Positions 10,288 through 18,541 of a stretch of DNA of 64,000 nucleotides are shown piece by piece. Source of the DNA: a virus. The stretch spans positions 96,001 to 160,000 of IMG/VR virus record IMGVR_UViG_3300008952_000005. One strand, written 5' to 3'. Below the pieces are notes generated by a model. It searched no databases and was not told where the DNA came from. It saw only the letters and a list, made by a program, of their open reading frames with translations. The number at the start of each line of letters is the position of its first letter. The stretch's first letter is position 1. The translations under genes and the position numbers were made by a program.

Positions 10288-10605
10288 TTATTCATTTTTC
10301 ACATTATAAAACGTATATTTAACTGTTAATTCTTCCCACGCTTTTATAGGTCGTTCAGTATATAAAAAATACTTATTATAATTTTCAACATCTTTAAGTC
10401 CTAATTCACCTCTCACCTTTATACAGTTTGGTTTATCACTATGATTAATATGACCACCTAAAGGTGTTCTTATAAGTTCATCATTAACAACAATATGACA
10501 TAAACCTAACTTTACATCTTTCTCAATAAACTTTGTTGTAAATAATCCTTGACCTTCTATAGAAGATTTTTTAATTATTAATCCGTCTGGTAATGGTTTA
10601 TACAT
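10288..10605 (-). CDS. minimal SET-domain protein-lysine methyltransferase
   Basis: SSIEGQGLF, GHINHSDKPNC (NHS motif), EELTVKY. Confidence 0.8.
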   Translation of the reverse strand: MYKPLPDGLIIKKSSIEGQGLFTTKFIEKDVKLGLCHIVVNDELIRTPLGGHINHSDKPNCIKVRGELGLKDVENYNKYFLYTERPIKAWEELTVKYTFYNVKNE

Positions 10606-11254
10606 TTGTATCTCCTAGATGTAAATAAGACATCATAACATATTTTGGTCCACTAATTGGTTTTAATCCAGCGTGTGGATGAGTCCAAAAAGGTGGAAAC
10701 ATTAACAATCTTCCTGCTCTTGGTGCAATCTTTATTTCTTGTTTTATTAAATGTGTTTCACCGCCTTCTTCAACATCATTAAGATATAAAATAAAAACTA
10801 AAAATCTTTTTGATGAAGGACCTTTAGAACGGAGTACATCAACGTGGATTTTAAATTCATCTTTATCATTAGGTAAATACTTTTTTATTCTTATATTTTC
10901 TCTATCAATTACTGGTGGAAAATCTCCTTTATCACGTATATTCAAATTTTTCTTAAATCTATCTGTATATAATTCCATCATTTGTATAAATTTGGTTTTA
11001 GTTTCTATCCAAAAATTTGGATTAGAAGATGTATCTAAATCAATTTCAGTAAATTCTTTATTACCAGTTTTAAATGCTTCTACTTGGGATTTATCCTTAT
11101 GAGATATCTGTTCAAACTGTTTAATAAACAAGTTACACTCGTCAACTGGCATTGCCCAATTATACACCATCATATTATTCCTAGCAAATTCATCCATTGT
11201 TTCCTTTGGCAAATCTTTTAATCTAGTTTTTATTCCTAATGCTTTATTGTCCAT
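10598..11254 (-). CDS. 2OG-Fe(II) oxygenase (prolyl-4-hydroxylase-like)
   Basis: HVD (HxD), ILYLNDVEEGGET, FPPFWTHPHAG, distal K. Confidence 0.85.
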   Translation of the reverse strand: MDNKALGIKTRLKDLPKETMDEFARNNMMVYNWAMPVDECNLFIKQFEQISHKDKSQVEAFKTGNKEFTEIDLDTSSNPNFWIETKTKFIQMMELYTDRFKKNLNIRDKGDFPPVIDRENIRIKKYLPNDKDEFKIHVDVLRSKGPSSKRFLVFILYLNDVEEGGETHLIKQEIKIAPRAGRLLMFPPFWTHPHAGLKPISGPKYVMMSYLHLGDTNV

Positions 11255-11654
11255 AACTACTCGGTGCCATAAATGTTCGTCTAACTATTGCTGCTTGTTC
11301 ATCTTTAGTTTTAACATAATATCCTTCAATATGTGTGTATCCATTTTCTTTTGCCCAATACACTCTCTTGTTGCCTGTATGTACTGCAATACCAGGTATA
11401 GGAATTCCTGAATATGCGTCCTTCGGCCATCTTTTTTCTACTAACCAATAATACTTCATATTAGTATATATGATTGGATACATCATACCTATCCTATCTA
11501 TACTTTTCTTAAATTTAGGATATCTTTTCATCATCCAATCATTATCAGCAGTTAACATTAAATCTTTTAATGGTACTTCTACTACTCTTGGAGTTACACC
11601 TACTAAAGGTTCATCTTTACAAGTAACTCTTTTTTTTGCTTTTAATAATTTCAT
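11244..11654 (-). CDS. ParB/sulfiredoxin-like domain protein
   Basis: VPLKDL, SIDRIGMMYPII, HTGNKRVYWAKENGYTHI resembles the ParB G-x-x-R motif. Confidence 0.5.
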   Translation of the reverse strand: MKLLKAKKRVTCKDEPLVGVTPRVVEVPLKDLMLTADNDWMMKRYPKFKKSIDRIGMMYPIIYTNMKYYWLVEKRWPKDAYSGIPIPGIAVHTGNKRVYWAKENGYTHIEGYYVKTKDEQAAIVRRTFMAPSSYGQ

Positions 11655-11968
11655 ACTTGTAATTCAAAAACATCAAATTCAATGCCTTCTAACTCTTTTG
11701 GTTTACCTTTAGGATAAGTCGGCCAAAGTTGGAATTCTTCTCCAGTTGTATCACTTTTACAACCTGCAACTAACCAATCCCATTTAAATTCTCCGTCTAT
11801 AACAAACTCGTTCATCACTTCATATCTTCCATCTGGTTTTTGTAAAAGTAATTCTTTTTTACATTCTTCCATATTTTTATACCAACCTTCCATTTGGAAA
11901 GTTTGTTGTGTTTCTATTGGACTATGACCAATTAGATATGCTAATATTAATATTTTAAAGTCGCCCAT
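11651..11968 (-). CDS. hypothetical protein
   Basis: coupled ORF, ATGA overlap. Confidence 0.6.
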   Translation of the reverse strand: MGDFKILILAYLIGHSPIETQQTFQMEGWYKNMEECKKELLLQKPDGRYEVMNEFVIDGEFKWDWLVAGCKSDTTGEEFQLWPTYPKGKPKELEGIEFDVFELQV

Positions 11969-12497
11969 AATTTGCCTTTGCTATATACCAACTATCAACT
12001 ATATCTGATACTGGATTACCTGCCTTTGCTGTGTCTAATAACTTCTTTAAATCTGTTTTTGTATCTTTACAAAATTGTTCGTACATCATTTCTTTATCTG
12101 CATTACCTTTACCTGTAGCAAATTTCTTAACAACACTTGGTACAATAACATTATATTTCCATTTTTGTTCTAATAATCTATATTTAAGTATACCACAATT
12201 TTCCGCTATTTGAAATAGTGCTTGACCTTTAGAACCATAAGAATAGTTTTCTATTGCTATTGTAATCCCACCAGGTTGATATAAACGTAAAACTTTTAAA
12301 ACCCAATCAGAAATTTGAGTAAATCTTTGTATAGGGTCTGTCCACGGTTGATGTTCAGAACCAGTTATATTTCCAAATATACCTAAATGTTTTTTCTTAT
12401 TAGTAAGAAAATAGAAACGGCTATGTTCAAACGTAAAGTCTTCTGTTACACATATAGCAGGACTTGTTAAACTATAATCAATCCCAACGTGTTTCAT
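11955..12497 (-). CDS. RuvC/RNase H-fold nuclease (putative resolvase)
   Basis: VGIDYSLTSPA, IAIENYSY, VKKFATGKGNADK, DIVDSW; start moved to MKHV. Confidence 0.7.
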   Translation of the reverse strand: MKHVGIDYSLTSPAICVTEDFTFEHSRFYFLTNKKKHLGIFGNITGSEHQPWTDPIQRFTQISDWVLKVLRLYQPGGITIAIENYSYGSKGQALFQIAENCGILKYRLLEQKWKYNVIVPSVVKKFATGKGNADKEMMYEQFCKDTKTDLKKLLDTAKAGNPVSDIVDSWYIAKANYGRL

Positions 12498-12660
12498 CTT
12501 CTTCTCCAATCTCATCTTCTTCATCATCCAATTCATAACTACAAAATGGACACGACATAGGTTTCATATCTGTTTCTTCATCATTATAATTAATTGTAAA
12601 TTCAGTCTTACAGTTGCCACAAGTGGTCTTAAATTTCTTTGTTAACTCATTTAACTCCAT
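12478..12660 (-). CDS. small zinc-ribbon protein
   Basis: CGNC...CPFC, acidic tail. Confidence 0.65.
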   Translation of the reverse strand: MELNELTKKFKTTCGNCKTEFTINYNDEETDMKPMSCPFCSYELDDEEDEIGEEDETRWD

Positions 12661-12669
12661 AATAAACTT

Positions 12670-13773
12670 TTACAATTTAAATTTCTTGAATTGATCCTTC
12701 TGTACGTCTTGTTTAATTCCACCTATAACATAACTTTCAATTTCGGTCTCCTGTGGTGCATTTTGTAATGACCTACTATTTAACCAATGGTCAACCCAAG
12801 GTAATGGATTTGTTTTCTGGTCGTATCTTGGTTCTAATCCTATTGCTCTCATACGTCTATTTGCCATATACTCTACAAATTGATGTAATAGTTTTTCTGA
12901 TAATCCTATCATAGAACCTTTTGAGAACAAATAAGTTGCCCAACGCTTCTCTTGTCCAACTGCATTTTCATACATTGTATAAACTTCTTTTTCTGTATCT
13001 CTCATTACCTTATTCATAATTTTATCATTTTCATTATCACGATAGTTATTAAGTATTCTTTGTGTTATTGATAAATGCAAAGTTTCATCCCTTGCAATTA
13101 AAGAAAGTATTTTAGCAGAACCTTCTAACAACTTTAATTCTCCAAATGCAAACGAACAAGCAAAAGAAACATAAAATCTTAATCCTTCTAATATATTAAC
13201 AGTCATCAATGTTAAATATAATTTCTTTTTCAACTCATACATATCAACACTATCTGGTTGTAATTGCCATTTATAACCTAAATTAATCATATCATCATAT
13301 CTACTTGTTATACTCATTGCCCTTTTCTCAATTTTCTCATCTGTAATTATAGTATCAAAAACTTCACTAGGATTTGAATATAAGTTCTTTATAATGTATG
13401 TATATGAGTGTGAGTGTATGTTTTCAAAGAAGTCCCAAGCAATAATACAACTCTCTAATTCAGGTATAGATACAAATGGTAAAAATGCCAAACAAGGACC
13501 ACGTCCTTGCACACTATCCATCATTGTTTGATATTTTAAATTAGATGTAAATATAAATTTACTTGGTTCATTTAATTCTTTAAAATCTGATATATCTTTT
13601 TGTAAAGATACTTCTTCTGGTCTCCAAAAATAACCTAATTGTTGTTGAAACAGTTTATTAAAGATAGGATATTTCATTTCATCATATCTTTGCACCTGTA
13701 AATCTTTACCAAAAAACATAGGTTGTTTGGTATAATCTAACTTCTTATCTATATTAAATACACTTTTAGTCAT
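12670..13773 (-). CDS. nrdB: ribonucleotide reductase class Ia beta subunit
   Basis: FWRPEEV, ENIHSHSY, EGLRFYVSF, IARDETLH, APQETEIESY. Confidence 0.96.
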   Translation of the reverse strand: MTKSVFNIDKKLDYTKQPMFFGKDLQVQRYDEMKYPIFNKLFQQQLGYFWRPEEVSLQKDISDFKELNEPSKFIFTSNLKYQTMMDSVQGRGPCLAFLPFVSIPELESCIIAWDFFENIHSHSYTYIIKNLYSNPSEVFDTIITDEKIEKRAMSITSRYDDMINLGYKWQLQPDSVDMYELKKKLYLTLMTVNILEGLRFYVSFACSFAFGELKLLEGSAKILSLIARDETLHLSITQRILNNYRDNENDKIMNKVMRDTEKEVYTMYENAVGQEKRWATYLFSKGSMIGLSEKLLHQFVEYMANRRMRAIGLEPRYDQKTNPLPWVDHWLNSRSLQNAPQETEIESYVIGGIKQDVQKDQFKKFKL

Positions 13774-14437
13774 TTATCGGTTCTAATTGGTTTTGCATTC
13801 TTTCTGATTCTGTTAATTCATAATGGTGGTCATCACTATCACCTGCTGTCCATTTATTCATATTATCTACACTATACTCTCTAGTAGATACTTTATAATC
13901 TGGTCTTTTTGGTTTACTAGGTGTTAATGATTTATCATAAAACAAAACTCTATTATTAGGTTGAGCAGCAAAATGCCCATTATCTAACTTTAGTATATTA
14001 AATGATTTATGTTGAGAAGGAGTTTCACTATACCCTACATTATTTTCTTTATTCGTTGCACAACAACTATCTATACTAAACATATAGTTTCCTTCATATA
14101 ATTTCTTACTTGGTGATAAAAACGTACATCTATTACCACTTACCAATTGTTTCTGTATAATAGTAATATCATAATCAAAACAATCCCATAACTGTAATTC
14201 TGGTAATGCTATATCTTCTTTTGTTTTTTTCCATACAAAAGCATTTATAGGTAACTTATCATATAGTGCTCCTGTTTCATACAAATAAGTTTCAAAGTAT
14301 AATGCTCTGCCTTGAATACTTTTAACAGTACACCAAATACCTGGTTCAAACTCTCCAAAACCTTTTTCTAAATCATAAAGGTATTGTTTTTTAACTAGTA
14401 CTTCCGTATGTGGTACATTTGCACATAAAAATGCCAT
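13766..14437 (-). CDS. conserved phage hypothetical protein between nrdA and nrdB
   Basis: intact 223-aa ORF coupled to nrdB; no catalytic motif recognised. Confidence 0.7.
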   Translation of the reverse strand: MAFLCANVPHTEVLVKKQYLYDLEKGFGEFEPGIWCTVKSIQGRALYFETYLYETGALYDKLPINAFVWKKTKEDIALPELQLWDCFDYDITIIQKQLVSGNRCTFLSPSKKLYEGNYMFSIDSCCATNKENNVGYSETPSQHKSFNILKLDNGHFAAQPNNRVLFYDKSLTPSKPKRPDYKVSTREYSVDNMNKWTAGDSDDHHYELTESERMQNQLEPIND

Positions 14438-14446
14438 AAAGTTCCT

Positions 14447-16762
14447 TTAAATTACGCAGGTTTCACATTCTTCTTCGTCTTTTTTCTCCATTATAGTTTT
14501 TGTTTCTGGCACATCATCTTTCCAACCAATAGGGTGTACAGGTTCCTCTATATCTCTTTTACTATCATATGTATTCTGATAATAGGAAGTCTTCCATCCT
14601 AATTTATAAGTTGTTAATAAATCTTCCGCCATTATTGATAAAGGTATTTCTCCTTCTTCATAATTTTCAGGATTATACGACCAGTTTCCACTAATTGATT
14701 GGTCAAAATATTTCTGCATTACTGCTACTATGTTTATATATCCTTCGTTAGATTTCATATCCCATAACAATGTATAATTATTTTTCAATTTTTTATAATC
14801 AGGTACAACTTGTTTTAGAGTACCTTTTTTACTTTTCTTAACTGAAATATAGTCCCTAGGTGGTTCAATGCCGTTTGTGGCATTACAAACCACGCTAGAG
14901 CTTTCAGAAGGCATTTGAGCTGTGAGTGTGCTATGTCTTAACCCAAATTCCTTAATATCTTTCCTCAAGTCTTCCCATTTATAAGATAGTTTCCTAGATA
15001 CAATCTCATCAACTTCTTTTTTATAGGTGTCTATTGGTAAGATACCATCTGAATACTTTGTTTTAGAAAAGGATTCACATTTGCCCTTTTCTTTTGCTAA
15101 TTCATTACTTGCTTTTAATAGATAATATTGGAATGCTTCTGATAACTTGTCTACTTCTTTCCAAGCAGTTTTAGTTTCATAACCAAGTCCTAATGTTGCT
15201 AAGTAATGAGCAAGACCAATATATCCAATTCCTAAACTTCTTCTATTTCTTGTAGAAATTTCTGCCGCTCTAACTGGATATCCTTGATGGTCTATAACTT
15301 CATCTAATGACCTTACTGCTAAATCGCATAAGGATTCTAATTCATCTAAATCTTTTAAAAGTCCTACATTAATTGCTGATAAAATACATAATGCAATTTC
15401 TCCTTTACCATCTATATGACTTATTGGGTCTGTAGGTAAAGTAATCTCTTGACATAAATTAGACATATAAATTTTATCTTTAAAAGAGGAGTGAGTATTA
15501 CAATGGTCTATATTCATAATGTAAATACGACCTGTTTCTGCTCTTTCTTTTAAAATTGACATAAACAAGTCCTGTGCTTTTACTTTAGTTTTCCATACAC
15601 TTGTTTTTCTTTCTGCCGTTGTATATAGTTCATCAAATTCTTTTGTTCCCCACGCTTCATAAAGTTCTGGTACTTCGTGTGGTGAAAATAAAGTTATATC
15701 TTCATCATTAATAAATCTTTCGTAAAATAATTTTGATAACTGTATAGAGTAGTCTAATTTTCTTACTCTATTATCTTCACTACCTTTATTATTTTTTAAT
15801 ACAATAATATCTTCTATTTCTTTGTGCCAAATAGGAAAGTGAACGGTTGCCGAACCTCCTCGTACCCCATTTTGAGTACAACACTTAACAGTTGCTTCAA
15901 ATTTTTTAAGAAAAGGAATAACGCCAGTATGTTGTACTTCGCCACCTCTAATACGTGAGTTGATTCCTCTAATTCTTCCTGCATTGATACCAATACCTGC
16001 TCTTTGGGCAACATACTTGCCAATAGCCATATCACTGGAAAAAATACTAGGCAAAGTATCATCAACATCCACCAAGACACAACTCGCATACTGCCTAATA
16101 GGAGTTCGTACACCAGCCATAACAGGTGTTGGAATATTGATTTTAAAACGTGAAATAGCGTCATAATATTTTTTAACATAACTCATCCTTTTGTTTTTTG
16201 GATATTGTGAAAATAATGTAGCAGATATCATCATATACATAAATTGTGGTGTTTCAAAAATTTGTCCTGTACTTCTATCTTGCACTAGGTACTTATCAAT
16301 GACTTGACGTAAACCTGCATATGTAAAAGTATAATCTCTTTCGTGATTTAACCAATTTTCCATTCTATCAAAATCTTTTTTGTCATACCAAGTTAAAATT
16401 TCTTTATCATAGACGCCTTTGTCTATACCATTTTGTACGTGTTGAAAAATATGTGGATGATCCCACATTTTATGAAATAATTGTTTTCTTAAACTATAGA
16501 GTAATAGTCTAGCGGCAACATATTGATAATTTGGATTTTCTAAAGTGATTAAATCGTTTGCTGATTTAATTAAGATTTGTTGAATTTCGTTTGTTGATAT
16601 GCCATCATAAAATTGTAGACCACTATTCATTTCTACAGAAGAAGCAGAAACTTGCGTTATATCTTCACACGCATATTCTACCATTTGATGTATCTTCTCA
16701 ATGTTTAGAGATTCCTTACCTCTACCATTTCGTTTCACCACACTAATATTTTCATTCACCAT
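14447..16762 (-). CDS. nrdA: ribonucleotide reductase class Ia alpha subunit with ATP cone
   Basis: VVKRNG ATP cone, PTPVMAG, SCVL, TQNGVRGG, SNLCQEI, AQMPSESSS, C-terminal CETC. Confidence 0.97.
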   Translation of the reverse strand: MVNENISVVKRNGRGKESLNIEKIHQMVEYACEDITQVSASSVEMNSGLQFYDGISTNEIQQILIKSANDLITLENPNYQYVAARLLLYSLRKQLFHKMWDHPHIFQHVQNGIDKGVYDKEILTWYDKKDFDRMENWLNHERDYTFTYAGLRQVIDKYLVQDRSTGQIFETPQFMYMMISATLFSQYPKNKRMSYVKKYYDAISRFKINIPTPVMAGVRTPIRQYASCVLVDVDDTLPSIFSSDMAIGKYVAQRAGIGINAGRIRGINSRIRGGEVQHTGVIPFLKKFEATVKCCTQNGVRGGSATVHFPIWHKEIEDIIVLKNNKGSEDNRVRKLDYSIQLSKLFYERFINDEDITLFSPHEVPELYEAWGTKEFDELYTTAERKTSVWKTKVKAQDLFMSILKERAETGRIYIMNIDHCNTHSSFKDKIYMSNLCQEITLPTDPISHIDGKGEIALCILSAINVGLLKDLDELESLCDLAVRSLDEVIDHQGYPVRAAEISTRNRRSLGIGYIGLAHYLATLGLGYETKTAWKEVDKLSEAFQYYLLKASNELAKEKGKCESFSKTKYSDGILPIDTYKKEVDEIVSRKLSYKWEDLRKDIKEFGLRHSTLTAQMPSESSSVVCNATNGIEPPRDYISVKKSKKGTLKQVVPDYKKLKNNYTLLWDMKSNEGYINIVAVMQKYFDQSISGNWSYNPENYEEGEIPLSIMAEDLLTTYKLGWKTSYYQNTYDSKRDIEEPVHPIGWKDDVPETKTIMEKKDEEECETCVI

Positions 16763-16778
16763 TTTTATTTACACACTC

Positions 16779-17774
16779 CTAACATTTCTTATAATAGTTT
16801 AATTTAGTTAACGCTTCTAATTTACTAAAGGTATTATTACTTATGATATCTCTTAACTCGCTTATTTTCATTCCATTCATTATCATTTCATTTACATCTT
16901 TAAGTTGCACGTCATTTGGCCAAACTACTACGTTATAATTTTTTTCAATTACAGCGTACATCCTTTTTATGATTTCTTTATTACGAGGTTCGTTGTCAAA
17001 TATATATGTAACTTGGTCACTTGACACTCTTAATGTTAAGTCAGCACCACCTGCTGCTAAACAATTATCTAAAAACAAACTATCAAGTGGACCTTCAACT
17101 ATGTAAATATGTTTTTGAAAATTTACACGTTCAAGTCCATATACTTTTTGTTTTGTTTCATCAAGTTTAATTGTAATGTATTTTGGTTGTTCTTTTCCAA
17201 ATGCTCTGCCTTGGAATGCAAACAACGTACCAGTTACGTCAAAGAAAGGAATTATTAATCTAGGGTGTTCATAACGTTCTTTAAAAGTTCCTGGTTTCAC
17301 TTTATTGGCAAAATTGTGAAATTTGTCAACAAAATAAATTATTTCATAATATTGTGGAGGAATCAATCTCTTCTTTACGTACTCCTTTACAGGATGTCCG
17401 TCTTTTAACGTACTTACTTTAATACAAGAATCTAATAAATTTGTTTCTTTAAATTTTGTTGGTTTAAAGTCAAATTTCGGCTGGGGCGTGGATGGTGCCG
17501 ATCCCTTGTATCTCTCTAATAAGTATTCTCCGTATTTTTTTGGATCCAAGAATTTAATGAAATTTGCTAAATTCTGACCCATACCACAATTGTGGCATTT
17601 GAAGAACATATCATTTTTTACTCTATAAAGATATGCCCTTGCTTTTGTTTTACTCTTCTGCGAGTCTCCACAATGTGGACACCTAAAATTGAAAAGATAA
17701 TCTGTCTTCTTTTTAAACTGGCTTAATGCTGAAGAAATAGCATTAATATACTTTAAATCTATATAACTTGACAT
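16779..17774 (-). CDS. gp61: T4-like DNA primase
   Basis: FRCPHCGDS zinc finger, CHNCG, RLIIPF, IVEGPLDSLF TOPRIM, DNEPRN, KDVNEM. Confidence 0.93.
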   Translation of the reverse strand: MSSYIDLKYINAISSALSQFKKKTDYLFNFRCPHCGDSQKSKTKARAYLYRVKNDMFFKCHNCGMGQNLANFIKFLDPKKYGEYLLERYKGSAPSTPQPKFDFKPTKFKETNLLDSCIKVSTLKDGHPVKEYVKKRLIPPQYYEIIYFVDKFHNFANKVKPGTFKERYEHPRLIIPFFDVTGTLFAFQGRAFGKEQPKYITIKLDETKQKVYGLERVNFQKHIYIVEGPLDSLFLDNCLAAGGADLTLRVSSDQVTYIFDNEPRNKEIIKRMYAVIEKNYNVVVWPNDVQLKDVNEMIMNGMKISELRDIISNNTFSKLEALTKLNYYKKC

Positions 17775-17787
17775 AACACTATCTCAT

Positions 17788-17816
17788 AATATACACCATA
17801 TCACAAAAAAAGTCAA
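17788..17816 (-). promoter_or_regulatory. sigma70-like promoter for primase-nrd operon
   Basis: TTGACT-N17-TATATT. Confidence 0.7.
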
Positions 17817-17840
17817 GTCTGTACACGAAAACCTGGTGAC

Positions 17841-17871
17841 AAAAAAATACCCAGGCTATTTTCCTCGGGTA
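17841..17871 (-). terminator. rho-independent terminator
   Basis: TACCC(G)AGG-AAAATAG-CCTGGGTA hairpin followed by T7. Confidence 0.6.
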
Positions 17872-17889
17872 AAAGGTAAGAGTTTTTTA

Positions 17890-18318
17890 CTAGCTCAGCA
17901 TATTCAAAATTTGCTCAAAATTACCTGCTACTATCCATCCTATTACTATAGCAGCACCTAATATAATCCATCTATATTTTTCTAATACACCAACTCTAAC
18001 ACCAATAGCATTATAAACTGTTTTAATCTCTAGTAATAAACGTCTTTCAGTTTGTTCTATTTCTCTAGTTAAATCTCTACGTATATTGTCTATTTCACCT
18101 GCACGTTCTTTTAACTTCTCAAATATAACTTCATCAATTTGTTCTTGTCTATTGATTTTTTCTGAATGGACTGCCAACATAGACTTAATAGATGTTGATA
18201 CATCTGTTAATTTGTCTATTGCTGTGTCTAAACGGTTGTGAATTCTATCAAATTCTTCAACGTCTTTTTTGAGTTTAGCAATATCTACTTTTGTTTTAAT
18301 TCCGTTATTTTCGTCCAT
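17890..18318 (-). CDS. coiled-coil protein with C-terminal membrane anchor
   Basis: heptad-rich body, WIILGAAIVIGWIV transmembrane segment. Confidence 0.7.
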   Translation of the reverse strand: MDENNGIKTKVDIAKLKKDVEEFDRIHNRLDTAIDKLTDVSTSIKSMLAVHSEKINRQEQIDEVIFEKLKERAGEIDNIRRDLTREIEQTERRLLLEIKTVYNAIGVRVGVLEKYRWIILGAAIVIGWIVAGNFEQILNMLS

Positions 18319-18410
18319 TAGAAATCTCTATCTATCCACTTGTAAATACTCCAATTCATATAGAGTAATAGACCCATTATTAACCAAAAATTAATTGTTC
18401 CCCAATCCAT
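18318..18410 (-). CDS. 30-aa membrane peptide (not in ORF track)
   Basis: MDWGTINFWLIMGLLLYMNWSIYKWIDRDF; TAATG overlaps at both ends. Confidence 0.5.
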   Translation of the reverse strand: MDWGTINFWLIMGLLLYMNWSIYKWIDRDF

Positions 18411-18541
18411 TATACGTTTCTCCATTGTGTTGGCAACCACCATTCGGTGTACCAATGTCTAAATTGTGCTGGGTGTCTACCTATGATAAAGATATACCAG
18501 AAACCCTTTATTAATTCTTTTATTGCTGTTAACCTACTCAT
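18410..18541 (-). CDS. 43-aa Trp-rich peptide (not in ORF track)
   Basis: MSRLTAIKELIKGFWYIFIIGRHPAQFRHWYTEWWLPTQWRNV; TAATG overlaps at both ends. Confidence 0.5.
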   Translation of the reverse strand: MSRLTAIKELIKGFWYIFIIGRHPAQFRHWYTEWWLPTQWRNV

